Source: a virus
Lineage: Duplodnaviria; Caudoviricetes
Strand: one strand, 5' to 3'
DNA length: 64,000 bases
Virus record (IMG/VR): IMGVR_UViG_3300033074_000711
Span: 1 to 64,000 of that record
This document shows, piece after piece, positions 19,551 to 28,654 of this stretch; the stretch's first letter is position 1, and each line of letters opens with the position of its first letter. The translations under genes were made by a program, and so were the position numbers. Below the pieces are notes generated by a model, which was not told the DNA's origin, made no database searches, and saw only the letters and a list, made by a program, of their open reading frames with translations.

Positions 19551-20186
19551 TTAAAAAATAATTTTTTCTAATTCTAATCTAACTCTCTCAGGTGTTGTGT
19601 TTTTATAAGCCACATCAAAAAATTGCCTACATGCTTTTAATGAACTTTTGTCTGGTACAAAACCTTTTGACAAAAATCTATAAAATCTAAAAACTCTTAA
19701 GTAATCCTCTTCTATTCTACTTTTTGGATTACCAACGAATCTTAAAATATTTTTATATATATCAATTAAACCCATTTTTGTTGGGTCTATAACATTATTT
19801 TTAAATGGGTCATAATATAAAGCATTTACAGTAAAATCTCTTCTAAATGCATCTGTTGTTATATCACCTGGTTCAACTATAGCATGTCTGCCATCACATT
19901 TCACATCTTTTCTAAATTGTGCTATTTCATACGTATATAAATCTTTTTGTGCAAATAATACTTTAAAATTAGTTCCAACCTCACTTATAATAAAACCAGA
20001 TTCTAATAATGGTTCTCTTAATTCATTAATATCCTTTTCCTGAACTATATCAAAATCCTTTGGTTTTTTATTTGTTAGTAAATCTCTAACACAACCACCA
20101 ACTAAAAGTGGTTTGCAGACACTTTTAAGCACCAATAAGGTGCCTAATAAGTGATTTGGTAAGTTTGGTTTAATATTAGGTTTCAT
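19551..20186 (-). CDS. cca: class II tRNA nucleotidyltransferase (CCA-adding / poly(A) polymerase family), head and neck domains
   Basis: VGGCVRD, KDFDI, RRDFTVNAL, EDYLRVFR.YRF, ERV..EL.K; start moved to MKPN (TAATG overlap). Confidence 0.85.
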   Translation of the reverse strand: MKPNIKPNLPNHLLGTLLVLKSVCKPLLVGGCVRDLLTNKKPKDFDIVQEKDINELREPLLESGFIISEVGTNFKVLFAQKDLYTYEIAQFRKDVKCDGRHAIVEPGDITTDAFRRDFTVNALYYDPFKNNVIDPTKMGLIDIYKNILRFVGNPKSRIEEDYLRVFRFYRFLSKGFVPDKSSLKACRQFFDVAYKNTTPERVRLELEKIIF

Positions 20187-20494
20187 TATGATAAAACCCA
20201 ATTTAATATACTAACTCTTTCTCTTATTTCAGTTTCTTTATAATACTGATTCAATGTCGAATTACCATTACATCTAATAATTGTAGCAAATATTTTTCTT
20301 AGTGTGTTTTCTGATTGTTTTATCCAGTCTTTTATTTTGTTTTCATCATAATTTTTTATACAAAAACTTAACGCACGAATTTGTGTGTCATAAGCTCTAA
20401 TTTGACAATCTAATAGACCACCAAATTTAATTGATTCCTTTTTTTGCTTAATTAAATTATCATATTCTTTTTTTATTGTTTCTAATGTTTTCAT
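20186..20494 (-). CDS. hypothetical protein (LxWVL family, two repeats)
   Basis: IRALSFCI and VSILNWVL. Confidence 0.7.
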   Translation of the reverse strand: MKTLETIKKEYDNLIKQKKESIKFGGLLDCQIRAYDTQIRALSFCIKNYDENKIKDWIKQSENTLRKIFATIIRCNGNSTLNQYYKETEIRERVSILNWVLS

Positions 20495-20575
20495 AATGTA
20501 ACCTCAATAATTAATTTAATTTACATATATAATATAATACATTTTTTTCAAAAAGTAAATAGTTATGATAGAAAT
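20495..20575 (-). promoter_or_regulatory. early promoter/RBS repeat copy 11
   Basis: -35 at 20554-20559. Confidence 0.8.
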
Positions 20576-20583
20576 TTTAATAA

Positions 20584-21147
20584 TTATTTAAAAAATAATT
20601 GCCACATTCTTTCTAATTGCCAAGCATCATAGTGATTTATTATTAAATTATTTAAAACATTTATATAAACATTTTTATCATGTTTTAAAATTTTATCTTT
20701 ATGAACACAAAATTGAGCACCGGGTCCAAATTCAATTGGTTCTTTAAATTCATCTAAATTACCATATACATCAGAATATATTATATCTAATCCAAACTTC
20801 AAATAATGATGTGGTGCACCAGATTTTTGACATTTAAAAATAGAATTACACAACCAAAAATCATTAGTATTAAAATTATTTAATATATTTATAATATTAT
20901 TACAGTGGTCAAATGGATTACCTTGCAAAAAATATGTATATTCTGTTAAATTATTATAATTATTAATTATATGATATAAATAAGTGTGTGCTTCTCTTCC
21001 AATGTTTTCTAATTGTGTGTAATTTAAGTTATCTAACTTATTTCCTTTATTATATATTTTAATATTATAATGGTTAGTTTTTACTTGTTGTAACCAATCT
21101 AAATTTTCATTATATCTTGCTATAACAATATCTATCATAAAATACAC
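20584..21147 (-). CDS. DUF3431-family (glycosyltransferase-like) protein
   Basis: VIARYNENLDW, NIGREAHTYL.HI, FLQGNPFDH, GAQF.V, LERMW. Confidence 0.8.
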   Translation of the reverse strand: MYFMIDIVIARYNENLDWLQQVKTNHYNIKIYNKGNKLDNLNYTQLENIGREAHTYLYHIINNYNNLTEYTYFLQGNPFDHCNNIINILNNFNTNDFWLCNSIFKCQKSGAPHHYLKFGLDIIYSDVYGNLDEFKEPIEFGPGAQFCVHKDKILKHDKNVYINVLNNLIINHYDAWQLERMWQLFFK

Positions 21148-21191
21148 CAGTTAATTGATTAAATTGATTTATTTTCGACCATAGTGCTATT

Positions 21192-21404
21192 CTAATTCTG
21201 ATACGCCGAAGACATTCGAAAACTCGGTGTGTCATTTTTAGCGTACTTATGTTTAACACCCACGTACGTAATAAATCTAATACTACCGCCATTTTCTTGA
21301 GCTGATTTTTTAACGTTATCTATCAAACTACCTCCTTTTTTCATAATCATGGAGTGATTAAATGATTCACTTTCAACTTCATTTAACATTTCTTGTAATT
21401 TCAT
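21192..21404 (-). CDS. small protein with MKL...LNE leader (possible head-internal protein)
   Basis: MKLQEMLNE N-terminus. Confidence 0.55.
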   Translation of the reverse strand: MKLQEMLNEVESESFNHSMIMKKGGSLIDNVKKSAQENGGSIRFITYVGVKHKYAKNDTPSFRMSSAYQN

Positions 21405-21432
21405 TTTTACTCAATATAAATTAATAATTTTC

Positions 21433-22179
21433 TTATTTTAAATCAATGATAAAACTAACCATACCTTTCTCAGAAATGGTCATGTCGAAATGTTTAACCT
21501 TTGATTTCCATGTTTGTGATTTAATCCATTTTGAAAATAAATTATCAAATTTTTTCACTTGCTTCGAATCAAATTTTTCCTCATCATTTACACCATCATA
21601 ATATTTTTCTATTAAATCATAAACTGTAACCACGACGCGATTATGTTCAGTGTCAAAATTAATATTCTTATCACGGCTAGAATTACTTATGTTATATATA
21701 AAATTTTTAACATCATTATACATTAGCTGTAATGATTCGTCAACAAACTCAAATTGTGTTATTTGTAAATCGTTTTTTATAAAAAAATTTATACGTAAAT
21801 TAATTTTATTTTTTTTAGTTATATCTTTTATTTCCTTAAAAAATTCATCTTTGTATTCATGGAATTCTTTCCATATAAAATCTACAACTTCGTTTTGTAC
21901 TTTTTTATACGATGTTGGATTATTAACTATAAAATTGAATTTATCGGCATATTTTTTTTCTTTAATACCTGGATTCTGTTTAATTAAATTAATAGCGTTA
22001 TCGTTAATTTGTATTTTTATATCATATCCATTTTTAATGCTGTCTATATAATATTGTGTATTTTTAATGATTTTTACATATGGTTTTAATTCAGAATCGC
22101 TTAATTTTCTAAATAAGTTAATCTCATTTAATTTATTTTCTAATAAATCTAATGTTTTTTCTAATTTTTTTAAATCCAT
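21433..22179 (-). CDS. hypothetical protein with a leader shared with 49993-50424 (possible head-internal protein)
   Basis: MDLKKLEKTLDLLENKLNE. Confidence 0.7.
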   Translation of the reverse strand: MDLKKLEKTLDLLENKLNEINLFRKLSDSELKPYVKIIKNTQYYIDSIKNGYDIKIQINDNAINLIKQNPGIKEKKYADKFNFIVNNPTSYKKVQNEVVDFIWKEFHEYKDEFFKEIKDITKKNKINLRINFFIKNDLQITQFEFVDESLQLMYNDVKNFIYNISNSSRDKNINFDTEHNRVVVTVYDLIEKYYDGVNDEEKFDSKQVKKFDNLFSKWIKSQTWKSKVKHFDMTISEKGMVSFIIDLK

Positions 22180-22252
22180 TTTTTATCCTCATTAAAATAT
22201 TCGCTTTTATAAACATAAATATAATAAAAAAATTAACAAAAGTAAATAGTTA
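22124..22252 (-). repeat. dispersed ~129-bp repeat, copy A (promoter + RBS + 19-codon leader)
   Basis: Near-identical to 50369-50497 by eye alignment. Confidence 0.85.
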
Positions 22253-22516
22253 GTCTTGCTTTTCTTTAGTTTTTTGAAAATATTTATAAGCACCAGCAAC
22301 ACCATTAATAGATATATATATTGTAACAACATTACTGGGTACATCAACTATTTTACCATAATATAATGATAAATATAAAAATGGAAACCAAAAGCAAAAA
22401 TTACTTAAAACAACCGTTAATAAAAAACCAAATCTATTAGATGACCATTGCCAATCTTGTGATGAATCATGTAATAATGATTCTAATTTTTCTAAAAATG
22501 TTTTTTTAATATTCAT
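22250..22516 (-). CDS. putative holin (2 TM)
   Basis: SSNRF followed by two hydrophobic helices and a charged C-terminus; near the endolysin. Confidence 0.55.
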   Translation of the reverse strand: MNIKKTFLEKLESLLHDSSQDWQWSSNRFGFLLTVVLSNFCFWFPFLYLSLYYGKIVDVPSNVVTIYISINGVAGAYKYFQKTKEKQD

Positions 22517-22520
22517 ATTA

Positions 22521-24860
22521 TCATTCCAATATATATCTTTTTCTATTTTCTATATAATCTATATTAAATCCAGTTAAATCGTTATTTCTACCACTTAAAT
22601 CTTTTAACCAATCTATATCTTTTCCATTCCAATCAAACCAAAATACTATTTCACCGCCTGTATAAGTTGCAGGATAACCTTTATGTGTTTGACTATATTC
22701 ATATATGCTTGTACCTGCTCCGTCAATATCAAGAGGATTGAAAGAATCAGCGTTGTTGAATCTAACAAATTGGATTTGACCTATTAGACCGAGATATTTT
22801 GATGAAATACCATTATATGCACCCAAAAAAATATTATTTGAATTATTATTCAAATAAGGTATTTTCTTTATTACAGCACCTAAGTAACTGTTATTTTCAT
22901 ATTCTTTAATATTTTCATATGTGAATAATGTGGTTTTTATTTTTGCAAGATTATTGTTAATTTGTACATTATATGAAAAAGTAGAATTATTTTGTACACT
23001 TGTATATTCAACACATTGCAATACAAAATATAATATATTTGTATTTAATTCTCTCCATATAGCAATCCCGTTATAATTTAATGAACCACCAGTACCATAA
23101 TTTAAAATATTTGTATAATTATTATATATATTCCTATCCCAAATATTTATTAGCATATCATAAGCTTTTGTAATACTTAACTCATCAATATAAACCGTAT
23201 CAGCATTACCTAAGAATATTTTTAATTGAGTATCAACTTCTGAACTTGTTGCAAGGAATTGATAAGTGTATAAATACCATTTAGTATTATCCGCTAACGT
23301 TAATGCTGTTCCTGTTTTTGAACCAATATTCACATTTATAGTTGTATTATTAGTCACAGGTTTAGCAAGGAATGTAATTAAATATTTATATCCGCTTAGT
23401 ATTTTTGTTCTTGAATCAGTTGAACCGCTAACATTAAAACTTGTTGAAGGAAGTCCAATAAAATTTGTAGTACTATCACCAGCACCTGAAGCAACTATTT
23501 TACCACTTTGAGTTTTACCTGTTACGCCTCCAGCGGTGAAGGGTGAATCTGTTGATACTGAAAAAGTATGATTACCGTTTGATGTTTGTGTTGGAATTTC
23601 GATGTATGAAACATTATCTATTGTTCCTAAAAAATTTGAAGAATATAGGTCAATATTTTGATTACCTAAACAGATTCCTGTTGCAGAAAATGTCCCAGAT
23701 GCACCAGAATTAATTATACCAACATATGTGCCATTACCAAGATAAGGAACAAGTGCACCACTTGTTCTAACCCAATCAAAAGAAATTAAATATCTTTTTC
23801 CTATTGTGAGTTTTGTTTGTCTGAAACTACTTGCTCCACCATTATAACTTGCTTTCCCTGAATTCCATGTAATAACACCTGTGTCATATCCTAACCAACC
23901 TGATAAGTCGGTATCAAAAGTACCGTTTGTAATTAATTCAGTATTAGTTTGATTAAATTTTCTACTTTGTCTATCCCAAATCATTTCAGAATCATTTAAA
24001 TCTAATCCCGTATCTTCTTTTATTCTTAACTCTTGAACATACCCTGTACCAGTTCCATTTAATTTAACATAAAAGTCTGTACTAGTAGCTATAAAATTAA
24101 ACTCTGATTCTTGCCAGTTTTTACTTTTTTTATCTAATAATTTATATGCACTACTACTATTTGTTGGCCCTATTCTAAAATCTGTAGCATTATCGTTATA
24201 ATAAGTTATTCTACCCATATAACGCTTTCCTATTATTAAACCAGCACTACCAGTAACTCCAATATAACCATTTGAATTAAATAATGATGAACTAAGTGGT
24301 ACCACATATGGTCTTGATAAATCATTTGTTATATTAGAATTACTACCAGTAACATTTGAAACACTATTAAATGTTGATAAACTTCTCCAATCAGTTTTTG
24401 ATATTATTTGAATAGGTCTAGTTAAATATTCATTTGTACCATCTAAATTAATACCATATTTTTCATCAAAAGTTTGATTAAAAATTGTTTGTAAGTTATT
24501 ATCAAATTTATCTAATGATATTGAACCTGATTCAATATTATTATCAGTTATAGAATTATTTTCAAATTGATTTGTTATTTTTTCAACATCATATGCAACT
24601 GGATTCCAAACTTGCCCATTATAAACATATATAATATCACTAACAACAGCTAAATCACCAATTGAAATATTTAATTTACCTATAGAATCGTTTAATTCAG
24701 TTAAAGTGTTATAAGACATTTTTCTAGAAATATAATAAAATTTATTTTTTGTTTTATCAACATAAATAAATTTATCACTTTTTAAATTTAAATATAACTC
24801 TGATTCAGTTAATGCTGATGTTGGTATATTATTACCACGTTTTAATTGCATTTGTTTCAT
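22521..24860 (-). CDS. tail fibre / receptor-binding protein with carbohydrate-binding and LamG-like domains
   Basis: QLKRG N-terminus, ELITNGTFDTDLSGW, G/S/T-rich beta content, DLSGRNNDL C-terminus. Confidence 0.65.
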   Translation of the reverse strand: MKQMQLKRGNNIPTSALTESELYLNLKSDKFIYVDKTKNKFYYISRKMSYNTLTELNDSIGKLNISIGDLAVVSDIIYVYNGQVWNPVAYDVEKITNQFENNSITDNNIESGSISLDKFDNNLQTIFNQTFDEKYGINLDGTNEYLTRPIQIISKTDWRSLSTFNSVSNVTGSNSNITNDLSRPYVVPLSSSLFNSNGYIGVTGSAGLIIGKRYMGRITYYNDNATDFRIGPTNSSSAYKLLDKKSKNWQESEFNFIATSTDFYVKLNGTGTGYVQELRIKEDTGLDLNDSEMIWDRQSRKFNQTNTELITNGTFDTDLSGWLGYDTGVITWNSGKASYNGGASSFRQTKLTIGKRYLISFDWVRTSGALVPYLGNGTYVGIINSGASGTFSATGICLGNQNIDLYSSNFLGTIDNVSYIEIPTQTSNGNHTFSVSTDSPFTAGGVTGKTQSGKIVASGAGDSTTNFIGLPSTSFNVSGSTDSRTKILSGYKYLITFLAKPVTNNTTINVNIGSKTGTALTLADNTKWYLYTYQFLATSSEVDTQLKIFLGNADTVYIDELSITKAYDMLINIWDRNIYNNYTNILNYGTGGSLNYNGIAIWRELNTNILYFVLQCVEYTSVQNNSTFSYNVQINNNLAKIKTTLFTYENIKEYENNSYLGAVIKKIPYLNNNSNNIFLGAYNGISSKYLGLIGQIQFVRFNNADSFNPLDIDGAGTSIYEYSQTHKGYPATYTGGEIVFWFDWNGKDIDWLKDLSGRNNDLTGFNIDYIENRKRYILE

Positions 24861-25069
24861 AATTGTATGCTAACTGTTATATATGTTGGTTCTGGTATTA
24901 GCACTAAATTTAAATATTCACCATTATAATCAATATTTGTTATTGATGCTTCACCATTTTCTAGTGGTATTTCAAACTGTGTGTTATTTAATGTTAATTT
25001 TACTGATGTATATTCTTTTAAATTTTTTAAATATAATGTTTTAGTACTTTTATCATATGTTGCATACAT
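24857..25069 (-). CDS. hypothetical protein
   Basis: 70 aa, coupled on both sides; GGAGG RBS. Confidence 0.65.
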   Translation of the reverse strand: MYATYDKSTKTLYLKNLKEYTSVKLTLNNTQFEIPLENGEASITNIDYNGEYLNLVLIPEPTYITVSIQL

Positions 25070-25869
25070 TATAAGCCTCCGTTAAAAATTTGACGTAAAG
25101 ATGGTGAATGATAAACACCAATTGATATTTCATTATTATTCATATTGTATAATGTATTTTTTATATAAATTTTAGTATTATCTAAAATTTCATAAGAAAT
25201 ACCACCGCTTAAATTTAATTCTTTATTTTTGTTATATTCAACATAAAATGGAAATTGCAAATTATCTAAAAAAGTTTTCTTTATTTCTGTATAAATTTTT
25301 GATTTATTTATTGCTAAATAAACATTCTTATCAACAACAGTTTCAGCAGAATCTATTTTACCATAATTTGTTATTAATTTATTTTTTATAATATTATTAC
25401 TGTCTAAATAAATATAGCTATTTATAAGCAAATCATCAGATTTTATTGATAGATTATAAACATATGTATTAACGTATAAATTATATTTAACAAAACCATT
25501 ATAATAATATGGTTTAATATAACCATTTAAATTAGCAACAAAAACACTATCATTTTGTTTTATTATATTACCATCTCCTAAAATTTTAATGCTATCTACT
25601 AATAATTTAAATTTACCATTTAATATATTATATTTATTACTTATATTATTTTTTTGATTTTGTAAATCACCTACTAATAATGAAAAATTTTGAACACTAT
25701 CAGTTTTCATTTTTAATTTATCTAAATATGCTGAATTATTTTGATTTGATATATTTAAACTATCATTTGTTTTAGATAGTTGTAAATTTAATTTATCACT
25801 TTTAACTTTAAAAAATATAATAATTCCAATTAATATAACAATTAATGATATTAAAATTTTATTTAGCAT
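25069..25869 (-). CDS. membrane-anchored coiled-coil protein, possible spanin
   Basis: N-terminal TM, coiled coil, beta-rich C-terminus; lies in the lysis neighbourhood. Confidence 0.45.
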   Translation of the reverse strand: MLNKILISLIVILIGIIIFFKVKSDKLNLQLSKTNDSLNISNQNNSAYLDKLKMKTDSVQNFSLLVGDLQNQKNNISNKYNILNGKFKLLVDSIKILGDGNIIKQNDSVFVANLNGYIKPYYYNGFVKYNLYVNTYVYNLSIKSDDLLINSYIYLDSNNIIKNKLITNYGKIDSAETVVDKNVYLAINKSKIYTEIKKTFLDNLQFPFYVEYNKNKELNLSGGISYEILDNTKIYIKNTLYNMNNNEISIGVYHSPSLRQIFNGGL

Positions 25870-25872
25870 ATT

Positions 25873-26631
25873 TTATTTTCCTATTGTGTAATATTCAGTG
25901 TCATATAATAATTCATTTTCAATTTCTTTTAATACGCTTGAAAATAATTTTTCCAAATAGTTTTTTTCGAAATTTTTATTTTTATCTTTAGCTTCAAATG
26001 AAAATGTTATTGTATATCTAGGGACTGTTGGCTTATTTGGGTCAAGTGTATTTAAGCTACTGTCACTATCAGATATAACAAATTGTAAGTTAAAATCATT
26101 GTTTGATAATTTTCTACCTTTTAATAACAAATTCCTATCTGATAAGTGTTTTGATAATACATCATAATAAAAATCCTCGAACTTTACACGTTTAACTGGT
26201 ATTTTCTTAATTGCATCTGATACAATTTCATCTGTTTCTTTATCAAACTCAATTTTTAATTGCCTTAGTTTTATCGGGTCCATTGTGCTTTTTAAAGATG
26301 GTGAATTTTCTAATTCTTTTTTCTTTTTAATACCAACTAAATGTTGCTTTTGAATATTCCATGCACGTTCACGTTCTTGCCTAATATCATTTTCTGTTTT
26401 TATAACTTTATCATAATTTCCATAATCAGTAAGTAATTTTTCAGTAATATATTTTAATTTGAACATTATTTCTAAATCAACTGTTACTGGTAAAATATTT
26501 TCAACAAAACATTCAGCACTTAATTTTTTACCATTGATTTTAAAATATGAACTCGTTCTAACTTGTTTTTCAGAACTAATATATTCTTTTATTATAGATT
26601 TTAATTCATTATTTATTTTATTAATATTCAT
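25873..26631 (-). CDS. hypothetical protein
   Basis: 252 aa; LKSIIKE leader-like motif. Confidence 0.7.
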   Translation of the reverse strand: MNINKINNELKSIIKEYISSEKQVRTSSYFKINGKKLSAECFVENILPVTVDLEIMFKLKYITEKLLTDYGNYDKVIKTENDIRQERERAWNIQKQHLVGIKKKKELENSPSLKSTMDPIKLRQLKIEFDKETDEIVSDAIKKIPVKRVKFEDFYYDVLSKHLSDRNLLLKGRKLSNNDFNLQFVISDSDSSLNTLDPNKPTVPRYTITFSFEAKDKNKNFEKNYLEKLFSSVLKEIENELLYDTEYYTIGK

Positions 26632-26639
26632 TTTAAACC

Positions 26640-27248
26640 CTATATTAATTTATTTTGTAATTTACTATATGAAAATGCTGGTGATACATCTGTTTTATCT
26701 GCTCTTAAATTACAATGAGCAACTATACCGCTATAATTAAAAAATTCTTTATTATAATCAAATGTACCTAATATTTGTTTAGGTATTAAAAATAATTCAC
26801 ATAATTGTGAACATAATAAAGCAACACTATTTATCTGCTCATCTGTATAATTTGCCCAATGATTTTGACCACGCCAAGAATAATTTATAATACTAGAACC
26901 CTTATATTTATTCTTATTATCAAACCATTTAAAATCACCATTATTATTTTTCGTTAACCAACCTTCGTTTACTATTTCAATACCTATTGTTGACATATTA
27001 TTTTGCTTTGTTGAACCTTTACCAATATGATTAGACCAATAAATTGGGTCGAAAGCTTCTATTATATTTCCATTTTTTTCAACAATATAAGCGGTGGCAA
27101 CACGAACACCATCATTTTTCCACCAATTTAAAACAGCATCTGCAGAACCATCTGAAACAGTGTGATGTAAAACTATTTGTTTTTTTATCGTCTGTTGTTC
27201 GTAATATTCTGTTGTTGGTAATGTTTTTTTAATAATATTTAAAATCAT
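26640..27248 (-). CDS. N-acetylmuramoyl-L-alanine amidase (Amidase_2), probable endolysin
   Basis: IVLHHT, ATAYIV, TIGIEIVN, AH...KTD. Confidence 0.88.
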   Translation of the reverse strand: MILNIIKKTLPTTEYYEQQTIKKQIVLHHTVSDGSADAVLNWWKNDGVRVATAYIVEKNGNIIEAFDPIYWSNHIGKGSTKQNNMSTIGIEIVNEGWLTKNNNGDFKWFDNKNKYKGSSIINYSWRGQNHWANYTDEQINSVALLCSQLCELFLIPKQILGTFDYNKEFFNYSGIVAHCNLRADKTDVSPAFSYSKLQNKLI

Positions 27249-27281
27249 ATTTTTGACCTATATTTTATATAAATATAAAAA

Positions 27282-28640
27282 TTAATTATTTTTTATAAAA
27301 TTCTGTAATGAATTTTTTATCGCTAACTGCTCATTTTGTTTTTTATTATCATACTTTTCTTCAATCATAATACTTTCTTTTGTGTTTTGTGAAAATAACT
27401 CTAATCTACCAACAACACCCTCAAATCTACCGTTTAACAATATACCATCGGGTCCAAATCTATTTTTTATAATCAATGACCTACCAACATTATTTAATTT
27501 ATCAGTGTTTGTTCTAGCCCAAGACATAACAAAATCAGCTATCATTAATTTATCATATGCTTCAGATACATGAGAACCTTCAACAATTTCACTGTTATCA
27601 CCAGAACGATTTGTTTGTGTTGGTGCAAATATGGCCACATCATTTATATCTGCAACACCCCTTAAATATTCAAAAATATATCTAAGATGTGACCTATCAT
27701 CTTTAAAACTTTGACCTGATGTTAATAAATCTGGATAATCTATTATAACTAAATCTATTTTATTCATTGATTGTTGATTCATTAAATAATTTTCAATAGT
27801 ATCTACAGAAGCTTTTTTAGTTGGAAAGTGCTTAACTAAAATTTTTCCAGGTAATTTATCTAATTTAAACTTTAATTTATCAATATTTAATGATAATTGG
27901 CTAATTGGTGTATTAGTTAATAAAGAATAATATCTATTTAATACAGTATTTGTATATAATTCTAAAGATATATGAATAACATTATAACCTAGCTTAGCTG
28001 CATGCAATCCTACATTATTTGTAGCAAAAGATTTACCAGAACCTTTATTACCTATAAAAACCCATAACTCTTTTTTGCCAATACCACCACCAGTTATATT
28101 ATTAACTGAGTCCCATGGTAGTGGTATTACATCTCTATATTCTTCAATACTTTCTTTAGATACGCTTGTTGATTCCAACATAACACCATCATCAGTTTCT
28201 ATCAATGCACTAAAAGCATCTATTAATGTGCTTTTCATATTATCATACATATCATTTCTTAATAATTCTGATGCTTTTATTAGTGAATTTTCAAGATTTC
28301 TTTTATAACAGAAATTTGTAAATTCATCAAAAACATATTTTAAATCATTAGAATTTTCACATTCTAAAATATCAGATATTATTTTTTTACAATTATTTAT
28401 AAAAGATTCATTTTCTTGTTTTTTTATTTCAGTTGCTATAAATTCTAATGATGGATTTGTTTTATATTGTTTATAATACGCTATTATTATTTCAACAATC
28501 CATTTCATATAAACATTATTAAAATAATCTTTATTTATTATTGTGTTAATTTTTTTTAAAAAATCAGGATTAACTATTAATATATATAAAATTTTTATTT
28601 GAAAATTATAACCATAATCTTTTAATTCTTTCATTACCAT
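27282..28640 (-). CDS. replicative DNA helicase (DnaB / T4 gp41-like)
   Basis: Walker A GNKGSGKS, HISLE, IIDYPDLL, TQTNRSG, KNRFG. Confidence 0.92.
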   Translation of the reverse strand: MVMKELKDYGYNFQIKILYILIVNPDFLKKINTIINKDYFNNVYMKWIVEIIIAYYKQYKTNPSLEFIATEIKKQENESFINNCKKIISDILECENSNDLKYVFDEFTNFCYKRNLENSLIKASELLRNDMYDNMKSTLIDAFSALIETDDGVMLESTSVSKESIEEYRDVIPLPWDSVNNITGGGIGKKELWVFIGNKGSGKSFATNNVGLHAAKLGYNVIHISLELYTNTVLNRYYSLLTNTPISQLSLNIDKLKFKLDKLPGKILVKHFPTKKASVDTIENYLMNQQSMNKIDLVIIDYPDLLTSGQSFKDDRSHLRYIFEYLRGVADINDVAIFAPTQTNRSGDNSEIVEGSHVSEAYDKLMIADFVMSWARTNTDKLNNVGRSLIIKNRFGPDGILLNGRFEGVVGRLELFSQNTKESIMIEEKYDNKKQNEQLAIKNSLQNFIKNN

Positions 28641-28654
28641 GATAAGTCTCTCAA

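Noticed and set aside
1491-22252. CRISPR array interpretation of the recurring intergenic repeat
   Set aside because: Copies are 0.8-4 kb apart, separated by whole genes, and contain promoter and RBS motifs; no cas genes
22521-24860. Diversity-generating retroelement target in the tail fibre
   Set aside because: No reverse transcriptase and no template/variable repeat pair seen in the window
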